Assembly (NCBI GenBank): GCA_046484245.1
Contig: JAWOBN010000094.1
Span: 1 to 32,493, forward strand
Length of the DNA stretch: 32,493 nt
Origin: a bacterium
GTDB taxonomy: Bacteria; Hydrothermota; 32-111
Reading direction: 5' to 3'
The stretch's first letter is position 1. The number at the start of each line of letters is the position of its first letter. The notes under the pieces were generated by a model. That model was not told the origin of the DNA and did not search any database. It saw only the letters and a program-made list of their open reading frames with translations. A program made the translations under genes and the position numbers. Shown one piece after another: positions 1-8,815 of this stretch.

Positions 1-1
1 T

Positions 2-163
2 AGTATTGATAGTCTAAATAATAGAAATGTTCACCATGGACTTAAAGGTATTCCCAATGCTAACAAAACTTTATATGCATTGGCGGAAGATAATTTGGTT
101 CAAATATTGGATGTCAATGGTAAAATAATAACAGAAATAGCATTTCCTAATAATGAGATATAA
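2..163 (+). CDS. 3' end of a hypothetical protein (partial, runs off the left edge)
   Basis: Frame 2 is open from the edge (SIDSLNNRNVHHG...TEIAFPNNEI) to TAA at 161-163, directly followed by the GGAGG RBS of the next ORF. Confidence 0.6.
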   Translation, partial: SIDSLNNRNVHHGLKGIPNANKTLYALAEDNLVQILDVNGKIITEIAFPNNEI

Positions 164-175
164 TTTGGAGGAAAT

Positions 176-313
176 ATGAAAAAGTTAACGATAATATTAT
201 TTTTAATCACCTTAACAATCGTTTTGTTTGCAGAGCCATACCGACCATACCCAGTTTTGTACCTGCACGGCTACAATGCCAATAATGTTAATGGTCAATG
301 GTTTTGCGAATAG
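176..313 (+). pseudogene. Truncated secreted alpha/beta-hydrolase-like gene fragment (45 aa)
   Basis: GGAGG at 167-171, ATG 176. MKKLTIILFLITLTIVLFA is a clear signal peptide, followed by PYPVLYLHGY (resembles the YPVxxxHG oxyanion strand of lipases/esterases); TAG at 311-313 just before the repeat mosaic. Confidence 0.6.
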
Positions 314-325
314 CAGGCCAAAACC

Positions 326-365
326 CGTGTGATACGTGTGTCACGTGTGACTCGTGTGATACGAG
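326..365. repeat. Degenerate 9-bp tandem repeat (CGTGTGNNN x4)
   Basis: cgtgtgata cgtgtgtca cgtgtgact cgtgtgata cgag. Confidence 0.85.
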
Positions 366-371
366 AAAATC

Positions 372-401
372 AGTTTCAAGTTTCAAGTTCCAGGTTACAA
401 G
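372..401. repeat. Degenerate 7-bp tandem repeat (AGTTTCA-like x4)
   Basis: agtttca agtttca agttcca ggttaca ag; a related patch tcaagttccaagt lies at 728-740. Confidence 0.8.
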
Positions 402-498
402 GATTAATTGTATTAGCTAGGAGAGGTATAAGTCACGGGACATGAGACGCGGGACGCGAGTCTGAGTGCTGAGTGGGGAGAACAGGATAGCGGATAAG

Positions 499-531
499 GA
501 GATTGCTGCGACCCGGAGGTCTCGCAACGAC
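499..531. repeat. Short palindromic element of the GAGATTGC...CTCGCAA(T/C)GAC type
   Basis: gagattgctgcgacccggaggtctcgcaacgac: imperfect stem ttgc..gacc/ggtc..gcaa, resembling a widespread extragenic palindrome family. Confidence 0.5.
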
Positions 532-587
532 GGATTGAAATGCGTTTTGCGTGATGCAGAAGAAGCTAAAAGGTAAAAGAAGAGAGG

Positions 588-604
588 CCGCGCGTTTCGC
601 GCGG
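588..604. repeat. Perfect GC hairpin
   Basis: ccgcgcg-ttt-cgcgcgg. Confidence 0.7.
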
Positions 605-668
605 TTCGTGCAAATTCGTATGGTTCGTATATGTGAATATCCAGCCACGAGAGATTGAATGACGGGAA

Positions 669-692
669 ACGCGACACGCATTACGCAACACG
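669..692. repeat. Degenerate 7-bp tandem repeat (ACGCNNN x3)
   Basis: acgcgac acgcatt acgcaac acg; inverse-related to tgcgttt tgcgtga at 541-554. Confidence 0.7.
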
Positions 693-698
693 ATTAAT

Positions 699-725
699 CG
701 TAGGGGTTCAACAATTTGAACCCTA
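699..725. repeat. GTAG-type REP-like palindrome
   Basis: cGTAG-gggttcaa-caat-ttgaaccc-ta: GTAG tetranucleotide followed by an 8-bp perfect stem. Confidence 0.65.
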
Positions 726-944
726 TATCAAGTTCCAAGTACGATGATGAGAGGACATGGAAGAGCGTAAAACGGAAAGGGGAAACGGATAATGTAAAAA
801 GGGAAGGGCTATTTTTGTAATACCTCTTTCAAGCACTTTAATTTTGAGTAATAACTTAACTATTTACAGAATGCTGAATGGGCATTAAAAATGCAGCTAG
901 TGGACACGGATGCAAATACCATGATGACTTTTGTAAAATCCCTG

Positions 945-972
945 TTGCTTTTTTGTCAAAACCCATTATAAT
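945..972 (+). promoter_or_regulatory. Putative sigma70 promoter for the long operon
   Basis: TTGCTT (945-950) - 16 bp - TATAAT (967-972), about 60 bp upstream of the ATG at 1035. Confidence 0.5.
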
Positions 973-1034
973 AATGTCAAGTGTTTCACAAATAATGCAT
1001 TTTAATGTTAAATATTACAAGAAGGGGTAATACA

Positions 1035-1886
1035 ATGAAAGAACAGGTATATACATTTATCAAGAAGACCAGGGACAAGAAAGAGAACAAGAAGATAGCA
1101 AAAGCAGTCAATGATTATATCAAGAAGTATAAATTAGAGGTCAAGCGGAAATTTACCGATGATATGAAGAGTGAGGAGAAGGGCCTTGTTGACCTGATGA
1201 ATTATACGGGTATTGAGAAGGATATCAAAAAGGTGGTTGCATATTCAAGGAATAATATTTCAAAGGATGATATATTTGTCATGTGGATTGAAAAGGAATT
1301 GATGAAGAATGGCGCTGTTATCAAGTATGTCAGTGAACAGACACTGAAGAATCCCGAACTGGAGATATTGAGGGAAAAGGTGATAGGCGCATTTGCGCGT
1401 TATGAAAAGGAGAAGCTGCCCAATAAGCTTGCTGCACACAGGGAATACAAGATATTTGAAACAGGAATAAAGGCAAGCGGCAATTGTCCATTGGGCTACA
1501 AATACAAGGGCAAGACATCCAAGGACAAACGCGTGGTTGTTGTGGACAAGGAAGCAGAAGTGGTCAATGAGATATTTGACAAATACCTTGAATTCAAGTC
1601 ACTGGGTAAATTGAAGAAGTATCTTGATGAAAAGGGCTACAGGACAAAGAGGAGGAAGAAATTCTCACGGCAGGCACTGTACAATATACTGACCAACAAA
1701 TTCTATATAGGCATTCTCTCATACAATCAGTATAAATACATCAAAGTGGGCAACCAGAAGAAGAAGAAACCCATACTCATTGAAGAGAGAAGGGTTGACG
1801 GCAAGCACAGCAAGATAGTTGATGTTAATAAATTTGAGAAGGTTGCCAAAGTGCTTTATGAGAACAATAAGCACAAGAATGACTGA
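1035..1886 (+). CDS. Serine-recombinase family protein (resolvase-like N-domain + recombinase DNA-binding domain), catalytic residues apparently lost
   Basis: AAGGGG RBS before ATG 1035. Helix E-like [34 protein letters not shown] and GKHSKIVD match the large-serine-recombinase RD. FIKKT replaces YxRxS and NNISK replaces DRLxR; no zinc-ribbon domain. Confidence 0.85.
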   Translation: MKEQVYTFIKKTRDKKENKKIAKAVNDYIKKYKLEVKRKFTDDMKSEEKGLVDLMNYTGIEKDIKKVVAYSRNNISKDDIFVMWIEKELMKNGAVIKYVSEQTLKNPELEILREKVIGAFARYEKEKLPNKLAAHREYKIFETGIKASGNCPLGYKYKGKTSKDKRVVVVDKEAEVVNEIFDKYLEFKSLGKLKKYLDEKGYRTKRRKKFSRQALYNILTNKFYIGILSYNQYKYIKVGNQKKKKPILIEERRVDGKHSKIVDVNKFEKVAKVLYENNKHKND

Positions 1887-1890
1887 CTGA

Positions 1891-4671
1891 ATGAAACATA
1901 TTTCCATTACAGGTGCACGTGTCCATAATCTCAATTCAGTATCAGTAAAGATACCGAAGAAGAAATTTGTTATAATCACGGGTGTTTCAGGTTCAGGCAA
2001 ATCATCCCTTGCATTTGACACACTCTATGCAGAGGGGCAGAGGAGATATGTGGAGTCACTATCCTCATATGCAAGGCAATTCCTCGGCATAATGGATAAA
2101 CCGGATGTTGACAGGATTGAAGGGCTCTCACCGTCAATTGCAATAGGCCAGAGGGGAATTTCAAAGAACCCCCGCTCCACTGTTGCCACCACAACAGAGA
2201 TATATGATTATCTGAGGGTGCTTTTTGCCCGCACAGGTGACCCGTATTGTTATAATTGCGGCAGGCCTGTCAGGGAGATGGCAATTGATGAGATCATAGA
2301 TGACATAATGTCAATGGATGAAGGCACGAGGATTGAGATACTTGCCCCCATTGTTGTTATGAAGAAGGGGGAGCATGCCGGACTCCTTGAGAAACTGATG
2401 AAAAGGGGCTTTACGAGGGTTATTATTGACGGGAAAGCCCATATGCTGGGGGACAAGCTCAATATTGACAGTAAGAAGAAACACGATATAGAGATTGTAA
2501 TTGACAGATTGAAGATAGGCGCCGGCATCAGGACCCGGCTTACCCAGTCAGTGGAAACTGCACTGAAGGAGACAGACGGGATTATCTATGTGCTGAAGGG
2601 CAGTAATGAGAGAATTGTTTACAATCAGTCACTGTCATGCACACACTGCATGATATCGTATCAGGATATCACACCTGCAACATTCTCCTTCAATTCACCA
2701 TACGGCGCATGCCCCAAATGCCATGGTCTCGGTGTCAGTATGGAGATTGATTCGGAGAGTGTTATCACAGACCCCTCCCTGTCAATAGCAGAGGGTGCTA
2801 TAGCACCGTGGGGTGAACCCTCAAAGCGCAACAGACTGAATGAATTCATGAAGAGATTCAATATAGATGCAGATGCGCCCTGGGAGGAATTATCCCCTGA
2901 AATACGCTCAAAAATAATACTGGGGCCCGGGGAGAGCCGGAAGGATGAGACGGGTCTTGATTTTGAGGGTGTATTGCCCTATCTCAAGAGACTCTATATC
3001 AACACGGATTCCAGCTGGATGAAATATGAGATAGAGAAATACATGACATTTCAGCCATGCCCGGTCTGCAATGGTTCAAGACTCAACAGGGAGGCATTGT
3101 CTGTTAAAATAGCAGGCATGAATATTCATGATATTGTTATGATGAATATTGAACAGGCATATCACTGGTTCACCAATCTCAAATTGGAGGGCAGAAAACA
3201 GGTTATTGCCAGGGATATTGTCAGGGAATTGAGGAAGAGGCTTTCATTTCTCCTTGAGGTCGGGCTGAGCTATATAACACTGGACAGGAAGACAGAGACA
3301 CTCTCAGGCGGTGAAGAACAGCGTGTCCGTCTTGCAACGCAGATAGGAAGCGGGCTTACCGGTGTGCTCTATATACTGGATGAACCCTCAGTGGGACTGC
3401 ATCAGAGGGATATCAACAGGCTGATACAGTCACTGAAGAATCTGAGGGATATGGACAATACTGTTATAGTTGTTGAACATGACAATGCTTTTATAGATGA
3501 GAGTGATTATATAGTGGACCTGGGGCCCTATGCAGGTGATAATGGCGGCAATGTGATATTCACAGGCACAACAGCAGGTCTGAAGAAAAGCAGTGAGTCA
3601 CTGACAGGCAGATTCATATCAGGAAGAGAGAGCATTAGGATTGAGAGAAAGAGGAAGAAACCCAGACGGGACTATTATCTGGAGATCAAGGGTGCAAGGG
3701 AGCATAATTTGAAGAATATTGACGTAAAAATCCCCCTCGGCCTGTTCAACTGCATAACAGGTGTATCCGGTTCAGGCAAGAGCACATTGATAAATGACAT
3801 ACTCTTTAAATCACTGAGAAGTCACTTTCATTCATCACTCAGGAAACCGGGTGAGCATGATTCAATTAAGAATCTGCATCTCATAGACAAGGTTATCAAT
3901 ATTACCCAGACACCCATAGGGAGGACACCGCGCTCAAATCCGGCAACATACACAGGTGTCTTCACGCCGATAAGGGAGCTCTTTGCTTCAATGAAGGAGT
4001 CAAGGATGCGCGGTTACAAACCGGGCAGATTCTCATTCAATGTCAAAGGCGGGAGATGCGAGGCATGCGAGGGAACAGGTGTCAATAAGATTGAGATGCA
4101 TTTCCTCCCGGATATATATGTCAATTGCGAGGTATGCAAGGGCAGGAGATACAACAGGCAGACACTGCAGGTCAAATACAGGGGCAAGAATATTGCAGAG
4201 GTGCTTGATATGACAGTTGACAGTGCATTGAAGCATTTTTCCGAGATAAGAAGGATAAGCAAGAGGCTCAAACTGCTCCAGGATGTCGGATTGGGCTATA
4301 TAAGGCTGGGGCAGCCGGCAACATCATTGTCAGGCGGTGAAGCGCAGAGGATAAAACTGGCAAAGGAGCTCTCCAAGCAGAGTACAGGCAGAACACTGTA
4401 TCTCCTTGATGAGCCCACTACAGGCCTGCATCCGTATGATATCAAGATGCTGCTGGGTGTACTGGACAGACTGGTCAGAAAGGGCAATACACTTGTTGTA
4501 ATTGAACACAATCTGGATGTTATCAGGAGTGCCGACCGGGTCATAGACCTCGGTCCTGACGGAGGCGAAAGCGGCGGAATGATTGTTGCAGAGGGAACGC
4601 CCGAGGAAATTGAAGAATCTGCTGATTCATATACAGGTCATTATCTCAAAAAGGAGGGAATGAATGAATAA
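1891..4671 (+). CDS. uvrA: Excinuclease ABC subunit A
   Basis: Two Walker A motifs [25 protein letters not shown] signatures, DEP Walker B motifs, CxxC zinc fingers, [12 protein letters not shown]. Confidence 0.99.
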   Translation: MKHISITGARVHNLNSVSVKIPKKKFVIITGVSGSGKSSLAFDTLYAEGQRRYVESLSSYARQFLGIMDKPDVDRIEGLSPSIAIGQRGISKNPRSTVATTTEIYDYLRVLFARTGDPYCYNCGRPVREMAIDEIIDDIMSMDEGTRIEILAPIVVMKKGEHAGLLEKLMKRGFTRVIIDGKAHMLGDKLNIDSKKKHDIEIVIDRLKIGAGIRTRLTQSVETALKETDGIIYVLKGSNERIVYNQSLSCTHCMISYQDITPATFSFNSPYGACPKCHGLGVSMEIDSESVITDPSLSIAEGAIAPWGEPSKRNRLNEFMKRFNIDADAPWEELSPEIRSKIILGPGESRKDETGLDFEGVLPYLKRLYINTDSSWMKYEIEKYMTFQPCPVCNGSRLNREALSVKIAGMNIHDIVMMNIEQAYHWFTNLKLEGRKQVIARDIVRELRKRLSFLLEVGLSYITLDRKTETLSGGEEQRVRLATQIGSGLTGVLYILDEPSVGLHQRDINRLIQSLKNLRDMDNTVIVVEHDNAFIDESDYIVDLGPYAGDNGGNVIFTGTTAGLKKSSESLTGRFISGRESIRIERKRKKPRRDYYLEIKGAREHNLKNIDVKIPLGLFNCITGVSGSGKSTLINDILFKSLRSHFHSSLRKPGEHDSIKNLHLIDKVINITQTPIGRTPRSNPATYTGVFTPIRELFASMKESRMRGYKPGRFSFNVKGGRCEACEGTGVNKIEMHFLPDIYVNCEVCKGRRYNRQTLQVKYRGKNIAEVLDMTVDSALKHFSEIRRISKRLKLLQDVGLGYIRLGQPATSLSGGEAQRIKLAKELSKQSTGRTLYLLDEPTTGLHPYDIKMLLGVLDRLVRKGNTLVVIEHNLDVIRSADRVIDLGPDGGESGGMIVAEGTPEEIEESADSYTGHYLKKEGMNE

Positions 4672-5425
4672 TACCCGGATAATTGATTATCTCAACAATG
4701 AATTCACACCGGAGGAATTTGCTGACAATGATTATACTTTCAATGGACTGAATGTTCAAAATTCCGGTAAAATAACAAAGATAGGTGCAGCTGTTGATAC
4801 AGGCATTGAAACCTTCTATGAGGCAAAGAGGCAGAATGTTGATTTCCTCATTACACATCACGGTCTCTTCAATAAAAACAAGAATAACTGCATCACTGAT
4901 GCAATGTACAAGAAGATAAAGGTGCTTATTGACAATGACATTGCACTGTACTGCATGCATCTCCCCCTTGATGTCAATGATGAATATTCCAATAACAGGG
5001 TTATCATGGACCTGCTCTCCTGGGATATAACAGGTAAATTCGGGGATCATGAAGGTGTTGATGCCGGATTATTCACTGAATTCCCCGAATCAGTCAATAT
5101 TGAGGATATAATAGAGAGGGTCAAATCACATATCAATGAGGACATAGCTGTCTGGGCATTCGGTGATTATCTCATAAAGAGGGCAGGTGTCATATCAGGC
5201 AATGGCATCAATATGCTCAATGATGCCCATAATGAGAATATTGATCTGTTGATAACAGGTGAACCGTCACACAAGATATACTGGGAGGCCTATGAGAAGA
5301 GAATCAAATGCATATTTGCAGGCCATTATGCAACAGAGGTGTTCGGTGTGCGGAAAATAGGAAAGTACCTTGCGGAAAATTTCAATCTGGAGTATACTTT
5401 TATAAATTTACCTACAGGAGTGTAG
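4664..5425 (+). CDS. Nif3/DUF34 family dinuclear metal-centre protein
   Basis: NGLNV, AVD, ITHHGLF, HLPLD, ITGE, GHYATEVFG motifs. Confidence 0.93.
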   Translation: MNNTRIIDYLNNEFTPEEFADNDYTFNGLNVQNSGKITKIGAAVDTGIETFYEAKRQNVDFLITHHGLFNKNKNNCITDAMYKKIKVLIDNDIALYCMHLPLDVNDEYSNNRVIMDLLSWDITGKFGDHEGVDAGLFTEFPESVNIEDIIERVKSHINEDIAVWAFGDYLIKRAGVISGNGINMLNDAHNENIDLLITGEPSHKIYWEAYEKRIKCIFAGHYATEVFGVRKIGKYLAENFNLEYTFINLPTGV

Positions 5426-5426
5426 A

Positions 5427-5876
5427 ATGAATATAATACAGATACCATGGATACTGTGGCTCTCATTTGCAATACTTCTGATGATAATTGAGATCATATC
5501 CCCGCTGTTCCTGTTCGGGCTCTTCTCAGCAGGGGCATTCATAACAGCAGTGTTCGCCTTCTTCTTTCCCGGTCTGATATATATTCAGATACTGATATTT
5601 GCAGTTGCCTCATTGATATTCATAATATTTGTCAGGCGAATCATTATGGATTATTTCACTGATGAGGAGCACAGAAAGATGAAGACAAATGCTGAATCAC
5701 TCATAGGCAGCAGATTCAGATTGATAACTGATGCTGATGAAGAAGGCGGGTCTGTGAAAGTAGGGGATGTTGTCTGGCGTGTGCGCACTGAAGGTGAAAG
5801 TATTAAAGAGGGCAGTTATGTGACAGTGAAACGCATTGAGGGCAATAAGCTTATTGTGGAGAGTGAGGATGAATAG
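5427..5876 (+). CDS. Short NfeD-family membrane protein (YbbJ-like, C-terminal OB fold)
   Basis: N-terminal TM helices with W...EI, then NAESLIG, G-x-VKVGDVVWR and V-x-V-xx-IEGNKL. Confidence 0.88.
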   Translation: MNIIQIPWILWLSFAILLMIIEIISPLFLFGLFSAGAFITAVFAFFFPGLIYIQILIFAVASLIFIIFVRRIIMDYFTDEEHRKMKTNAESLIGSRFRLITDADEEGGSVKVGDVVWRVRTEGESIKEGSYVTVKRIEGNKLIVESEDE

Positions 5877-6282
5877 GATTACAATACCCCTTATTGCAGT
5901 CAGTATTCTAATATCCTGCACCCTTTTGATGCAGGCTGAGAAGGAGTATGAATATAAACTCTATGAGAATGACACATACATTGATTCATTTGATGCTGTC
6001 AGTCCGGGACTGTATGAATTCACATTCTACAGTGATGAAACAGTGGATGTGGTATTCTTTGACAATAGGGAGGACGCACTCCTCTTTGCTGATTCCGGTG
6101 AGGTGTATTCCGAGTCAGTTATGTATCCGCTTATGTTCAAATCAGTGGTTTATTTCAGTGAGGATATCTTCATATATGACCCTGCTGTGATTTACTTTGT
6201 TGTGGACAATACGGATAATCTCAGTGCAGGTTCTATTGCGACAAATATCAAATTATACGCATATTATCATAAGGAGGATTAA
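5869..6282 (+). CDS. Hypothetical acidic lipoprotein
   Basis: Likely start ATG 5869: MNRITIPLIAVSILISC with lipobox-like LISC; overlaps or abuts both neighbours. Confidence 0.7.
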   Translation: MNRITIPLIAVSILISCTLLMQAEKEYEYKLYENDTYIDSFDAVSPGLYEFTFYSDETVDVVFFDNREDALLFADSGEVYSESVMYPLMFKSVVYFSEDIFIYDPAVIYFVVDNTDNLSAGSIATNIKLYAYYHKED

Positions 6283-6283
6283 A

Positions 6284-7339
6284 GTGTCGGAAGTCATTCT
6301 GAAGCATGTTAAAAAGATATATCCCAATGGGTTAGAAGCATTAACTGATGTATCACTTGAAATAATTGACAAGGAGCTGCTTGTTCTTGTCGGTCCCTCG
6401 GGATGCGGCAAGTCAACAATACTGAGGATTATTGCAGGTCTTGAGGAAGTAACAGAGGGACAGGTTGTAATAGGCAGGAATATTGTCAATGATATACATC
6501 CCAAGGACAGGGATATTGCCATGGTGTTTCAGAATTACGCACTCTACCCCCATATGACAGTGAGGGATAATATAGGTTTCGGTCTCAAGACAAGGAAATA
6601 CTCCAAGGAGGAAATCGCAAAACTTGTCAATGAGGCAACAGAGATACTGGGTATTGAAGAGTATCTTGACAAACGCCCCCGCGAGCTCTCCGGAGGACAG
6701 AGGCAGAGGGTTGCAATAGGCAGGGCAATAGTAAGGCACCCAAAGGTGTTTTTATTTGACGAACCATTGTCCAATCTGGATGCCAAGATGAGGGTTGCAA
6801 TGCGCTCGGAAATTTCAAGACTTCACAAGACACTGCAGACAACAATGATATATGTGACACATGATCAGACAGAGGCAATGACAATGGGCGACAGGATTGT
6901 TGTTATTGACAAAGGCGAGATCATGCAGATAGCTGACCCGCAGACACTGTACTTCAAACCGGATAATGTATTTGTAGCAGGATTCATCGGTTCACCCCAG
7001 ATGAATTTCTTCAATGCAACCATAGAGAATAATGCTCTCTCCACTGAATTCTTCAGTATAAAGGCAGAGCAGTCAATGCCCGGGGAGATGGTTATTGGTA
7101 TAAGACCGGAGGATTTCAATCTGAAAGAGGGTGATATCTCAATAACGGGAAGGGTTGAACTGGCTGAATCACTAGGTGATATCATGTATGTATATACGAG
7201 TATAAGTGACAATAAAACAATAATAATAAAGGTGGACGGTAAAAACAAGTTTGAACTGCACCAGGAAATAACCGTGTATTCAAAAGTAAAGGATATGCAC
7301 TTCTTCAACAGGGAGGATGGCAAACGCATTACTCTGTGA
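6284..7339 (+). CDS. Carbohydrate ABC transporter ATPase, MalK/UgpC/MsmX family
   Basis: AAGGAGG RBS then GTG 6284; GPSGCGKST, VFQNYALYPHM, LSGGQRQR, DEPLSNLDA, YVTHDQ, GFIGSP, C-terminal TOBE domain. Confidence 0.95.
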   Translation: MSEVILKHVKKIYPNGLEALTDVSLEIIDKELLVLVGPSGCGKSTILRIIAGLEEVTEGQVVIGRNIVNDIHPKDRDIAMVFQNYALYPHMTVRDNIGFGLKTRKYSKEEIAKLVNEATEILGIEEYLDKRPRELSGGQRQRVAIGRAIVRHPKVFLFDEPLSNLDAKMRVAMRSEISRLHKTLQTTMIYVTHDQTEAMTMGDRIVVIDKGEIMQIADPQTLYFKPDNVFVAGFIGSPQMNFFNATIENNALSTEFFSIKAEQSMPGEMVIGIRPEDFNLKEGDISITGRVELAESLGDIMYVYTSISDNKTIIIKVDGKNKFELHQEITVYSKVKDMHFFNREDGKRITL

Positions 7340-7938
7340 TAATTCTCATTATATCATTGCTCAATCTTGATACGAGAACAGCTTTCCACTGGCTGATTGC
7401 AGAACCCGTATTCCTCATTCCGATTCTCTCTCTCATTGCAGGTATCCCATTTAATGACAATCTCCTATTCCTCACAATGATGTATCTTATACTCTCTGTG
7501 AATACACTGCAGCTGGGCAGGCACACACCGCCTGAATACACAGCAGGCGCCTCTGCATCCTTTATATTATACGCATTCTTCAATGCAGATGTGGTGAATG
7601 CATTCCTCCTGGGACTCTTTGCATCGTATCTTGCTGATTATATATACACAGTAAGGCTTACAGTGAATCAATATATAATGAAGGCAGTGAAAAACCCCGG
7701 TTTTGCTGCATTTATGTCACTCTTTGTAGGTTTTATTGCTTATGCCGGTCTCTTCCGGCTTACTGCTCTTGCAGGCAGTCATCTCTCATTCCTCAGATCA
7801 TCAAACAGTGCAATGATGCCCCTGCTCTTTATACCTGTTTTGAGTAAGATGTTCAATGCGAAAATCATACAGAATAAAAGAACAATGCTTGCCGGAGCAC
7901 TTATAATGGTGTTGATATGGATTTTTATAATAAAGTAA
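7336..7938 (+). CDS. Divergent mannose-family PTS IIC-like membrane protein
   Basis: LD..AF.WLIAEP and LGRHTPPE resemble the IIC motifs D...gq..isrP and vG...PPd; hydrophobic; upstream of IID/HPr/EI. Confidence 0.65.
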   Translation: MIILIISLLNLDTRTAFHWLIAEPVFLIPILSLIAGIPFNDNLLFLTMMYLILSVNTLQLGRHTPPEYTAGASASFILYAFFNADVVNAFLLGLFASYLADYIYTVRLTVNQYIMKAVKNPGFAAFMSLFVGFIAYAGLFRLTALAGSHLSFLRSSNSAMMPLLFIPVLSKMFNAKIIQNKRTMLAGALIMVLIWIFIIK

Positions 7939-8552
7939 TTCTCTTTATCAAATCCCACTTCATTCAGACAGTAATGACAAGGAAGCATATGCAGGGCAAT
8001 GGTTATGATCTCCTCACAGGCGGGCATATATCGGGATATATCAATTCAAACCCCTATCTGGCGCCGATTATCTACGGTTTTCTCCGCATCGGGTCTGACA
8101 GCAGGACCAAAAATCTCATAGCATCTGCAAGTGCAGTAATGGGAGATAATCTTATCTGGAACAATTTCAAGCCCATTGTATTGCTCCTGGCAGGTGTTCT
8201 GCTTCTTACTGCCGGCCCTCTCTATGTCATTATCCCCCTGATTATATATATAGCAGGTGTATCTGTTCTGAGATTTACGGGTTACAGTTACGGATCCTCT
8301 AAGGAGAGGCCTGATGAGTTATTTGAAGAGCAAGCATGGGTAAAGAGCATTGTTTTACTCAGAACAATCAAGTTTATTCTCATGGGCATTATCTATCTCT
8401 ATGTCATTTTGCAATTGGCGTTATACTTGAATACAGCCCCCCTCTATGTTATAATTACAATCTTGATTGCAGGAATATATATTATATTGAAAAGAGATAT
8501 TGATTTCCTGCTGTTAATTGTTATTATACTGACTGCAAATATGATAAAATGA
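7917..8552 (+). CDS. Divergent mannose-family PTS IID-like membrane protein
   Basis: SHFIQ...MQGNGY, INSNPY, GDNLIWNNFKP match IID motifs MQxxGF, FNTxP and GDxxFWxxxRP. Confidence 0.75.
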   Translation: MDFYNKVILFIKSHFIQTVMTRKHMQGNGYDLLTGGHISGYINSNPYLAPIIYGFLRIGSDSRTKNLIASASAVMGDNLIWNNFKPIVLLLAGVLLLTAGPLYVIIPLIIYIAGVSVLRFTGYSYGSSKERPDELFEEQAWVKSIVLLRTIKFILMGIIYLYVILQLALYLNTAPLYVIITILIAGIYIILKRDIDFLLLIVIILTANMIK

Positions 8553-8815
8553 TTGAAAAAGAAATAGAGATAAAGAATAAATTGGGGCTCCATGCAAGAC
8601 CTGCTGCACTGTTTGTAAAGACTGCTTCAACATTCAATTCAAAGATTGAGGTCTGCAGGGATGACACTGTAATAGACGGCAAGTCCATAATGGGGCTTAT
8701 GATGCTTGCAGCTGAGAGCGGCAGCAAGCTCAAACTCATAATAGATGGTGATGATGAGGAAAGGGCAATGAAAAAACTTGTCAAATTGATAGAGGAAAAT
8801 TTCAATGAAGAATAA
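8549..8815 (+). CDS. ptsH: Phosphocarrier protein HPr
   Basis: GLHARPA (His15) and DGKSIMGLM (Ser46). Confidence 0.97.
   Translation: MIEKEIEIKNKLGLHARPAALFVKTASTFNSKIEVCRDDTVIDGKSIMGLMMLAAESGSKLKLIIDGDDEERAMKKLVKLIEENFNEE

Noticed and set aside
417..681. Two minus-strand ORFs (86 and 82 aa)
   Set aside because: They lie across the repeat mosaic, with no RBS or recognisable motifs; probably by-products of GC-rich repeats.
314..810. Possible CRISPR array or integron attC array
   Set aside because: No constant 23-47 bp repeat with unique spacers, no RYYYAAC/GTTRRRY-bounded cassettes, and no cas or intI gene.
1005..1886. Active prophage or ICE integrase
   Set aside because: Catalytic motifs and zinc-ribbon domain are missing, and no phage or conjugation genes or att duplication are visible.
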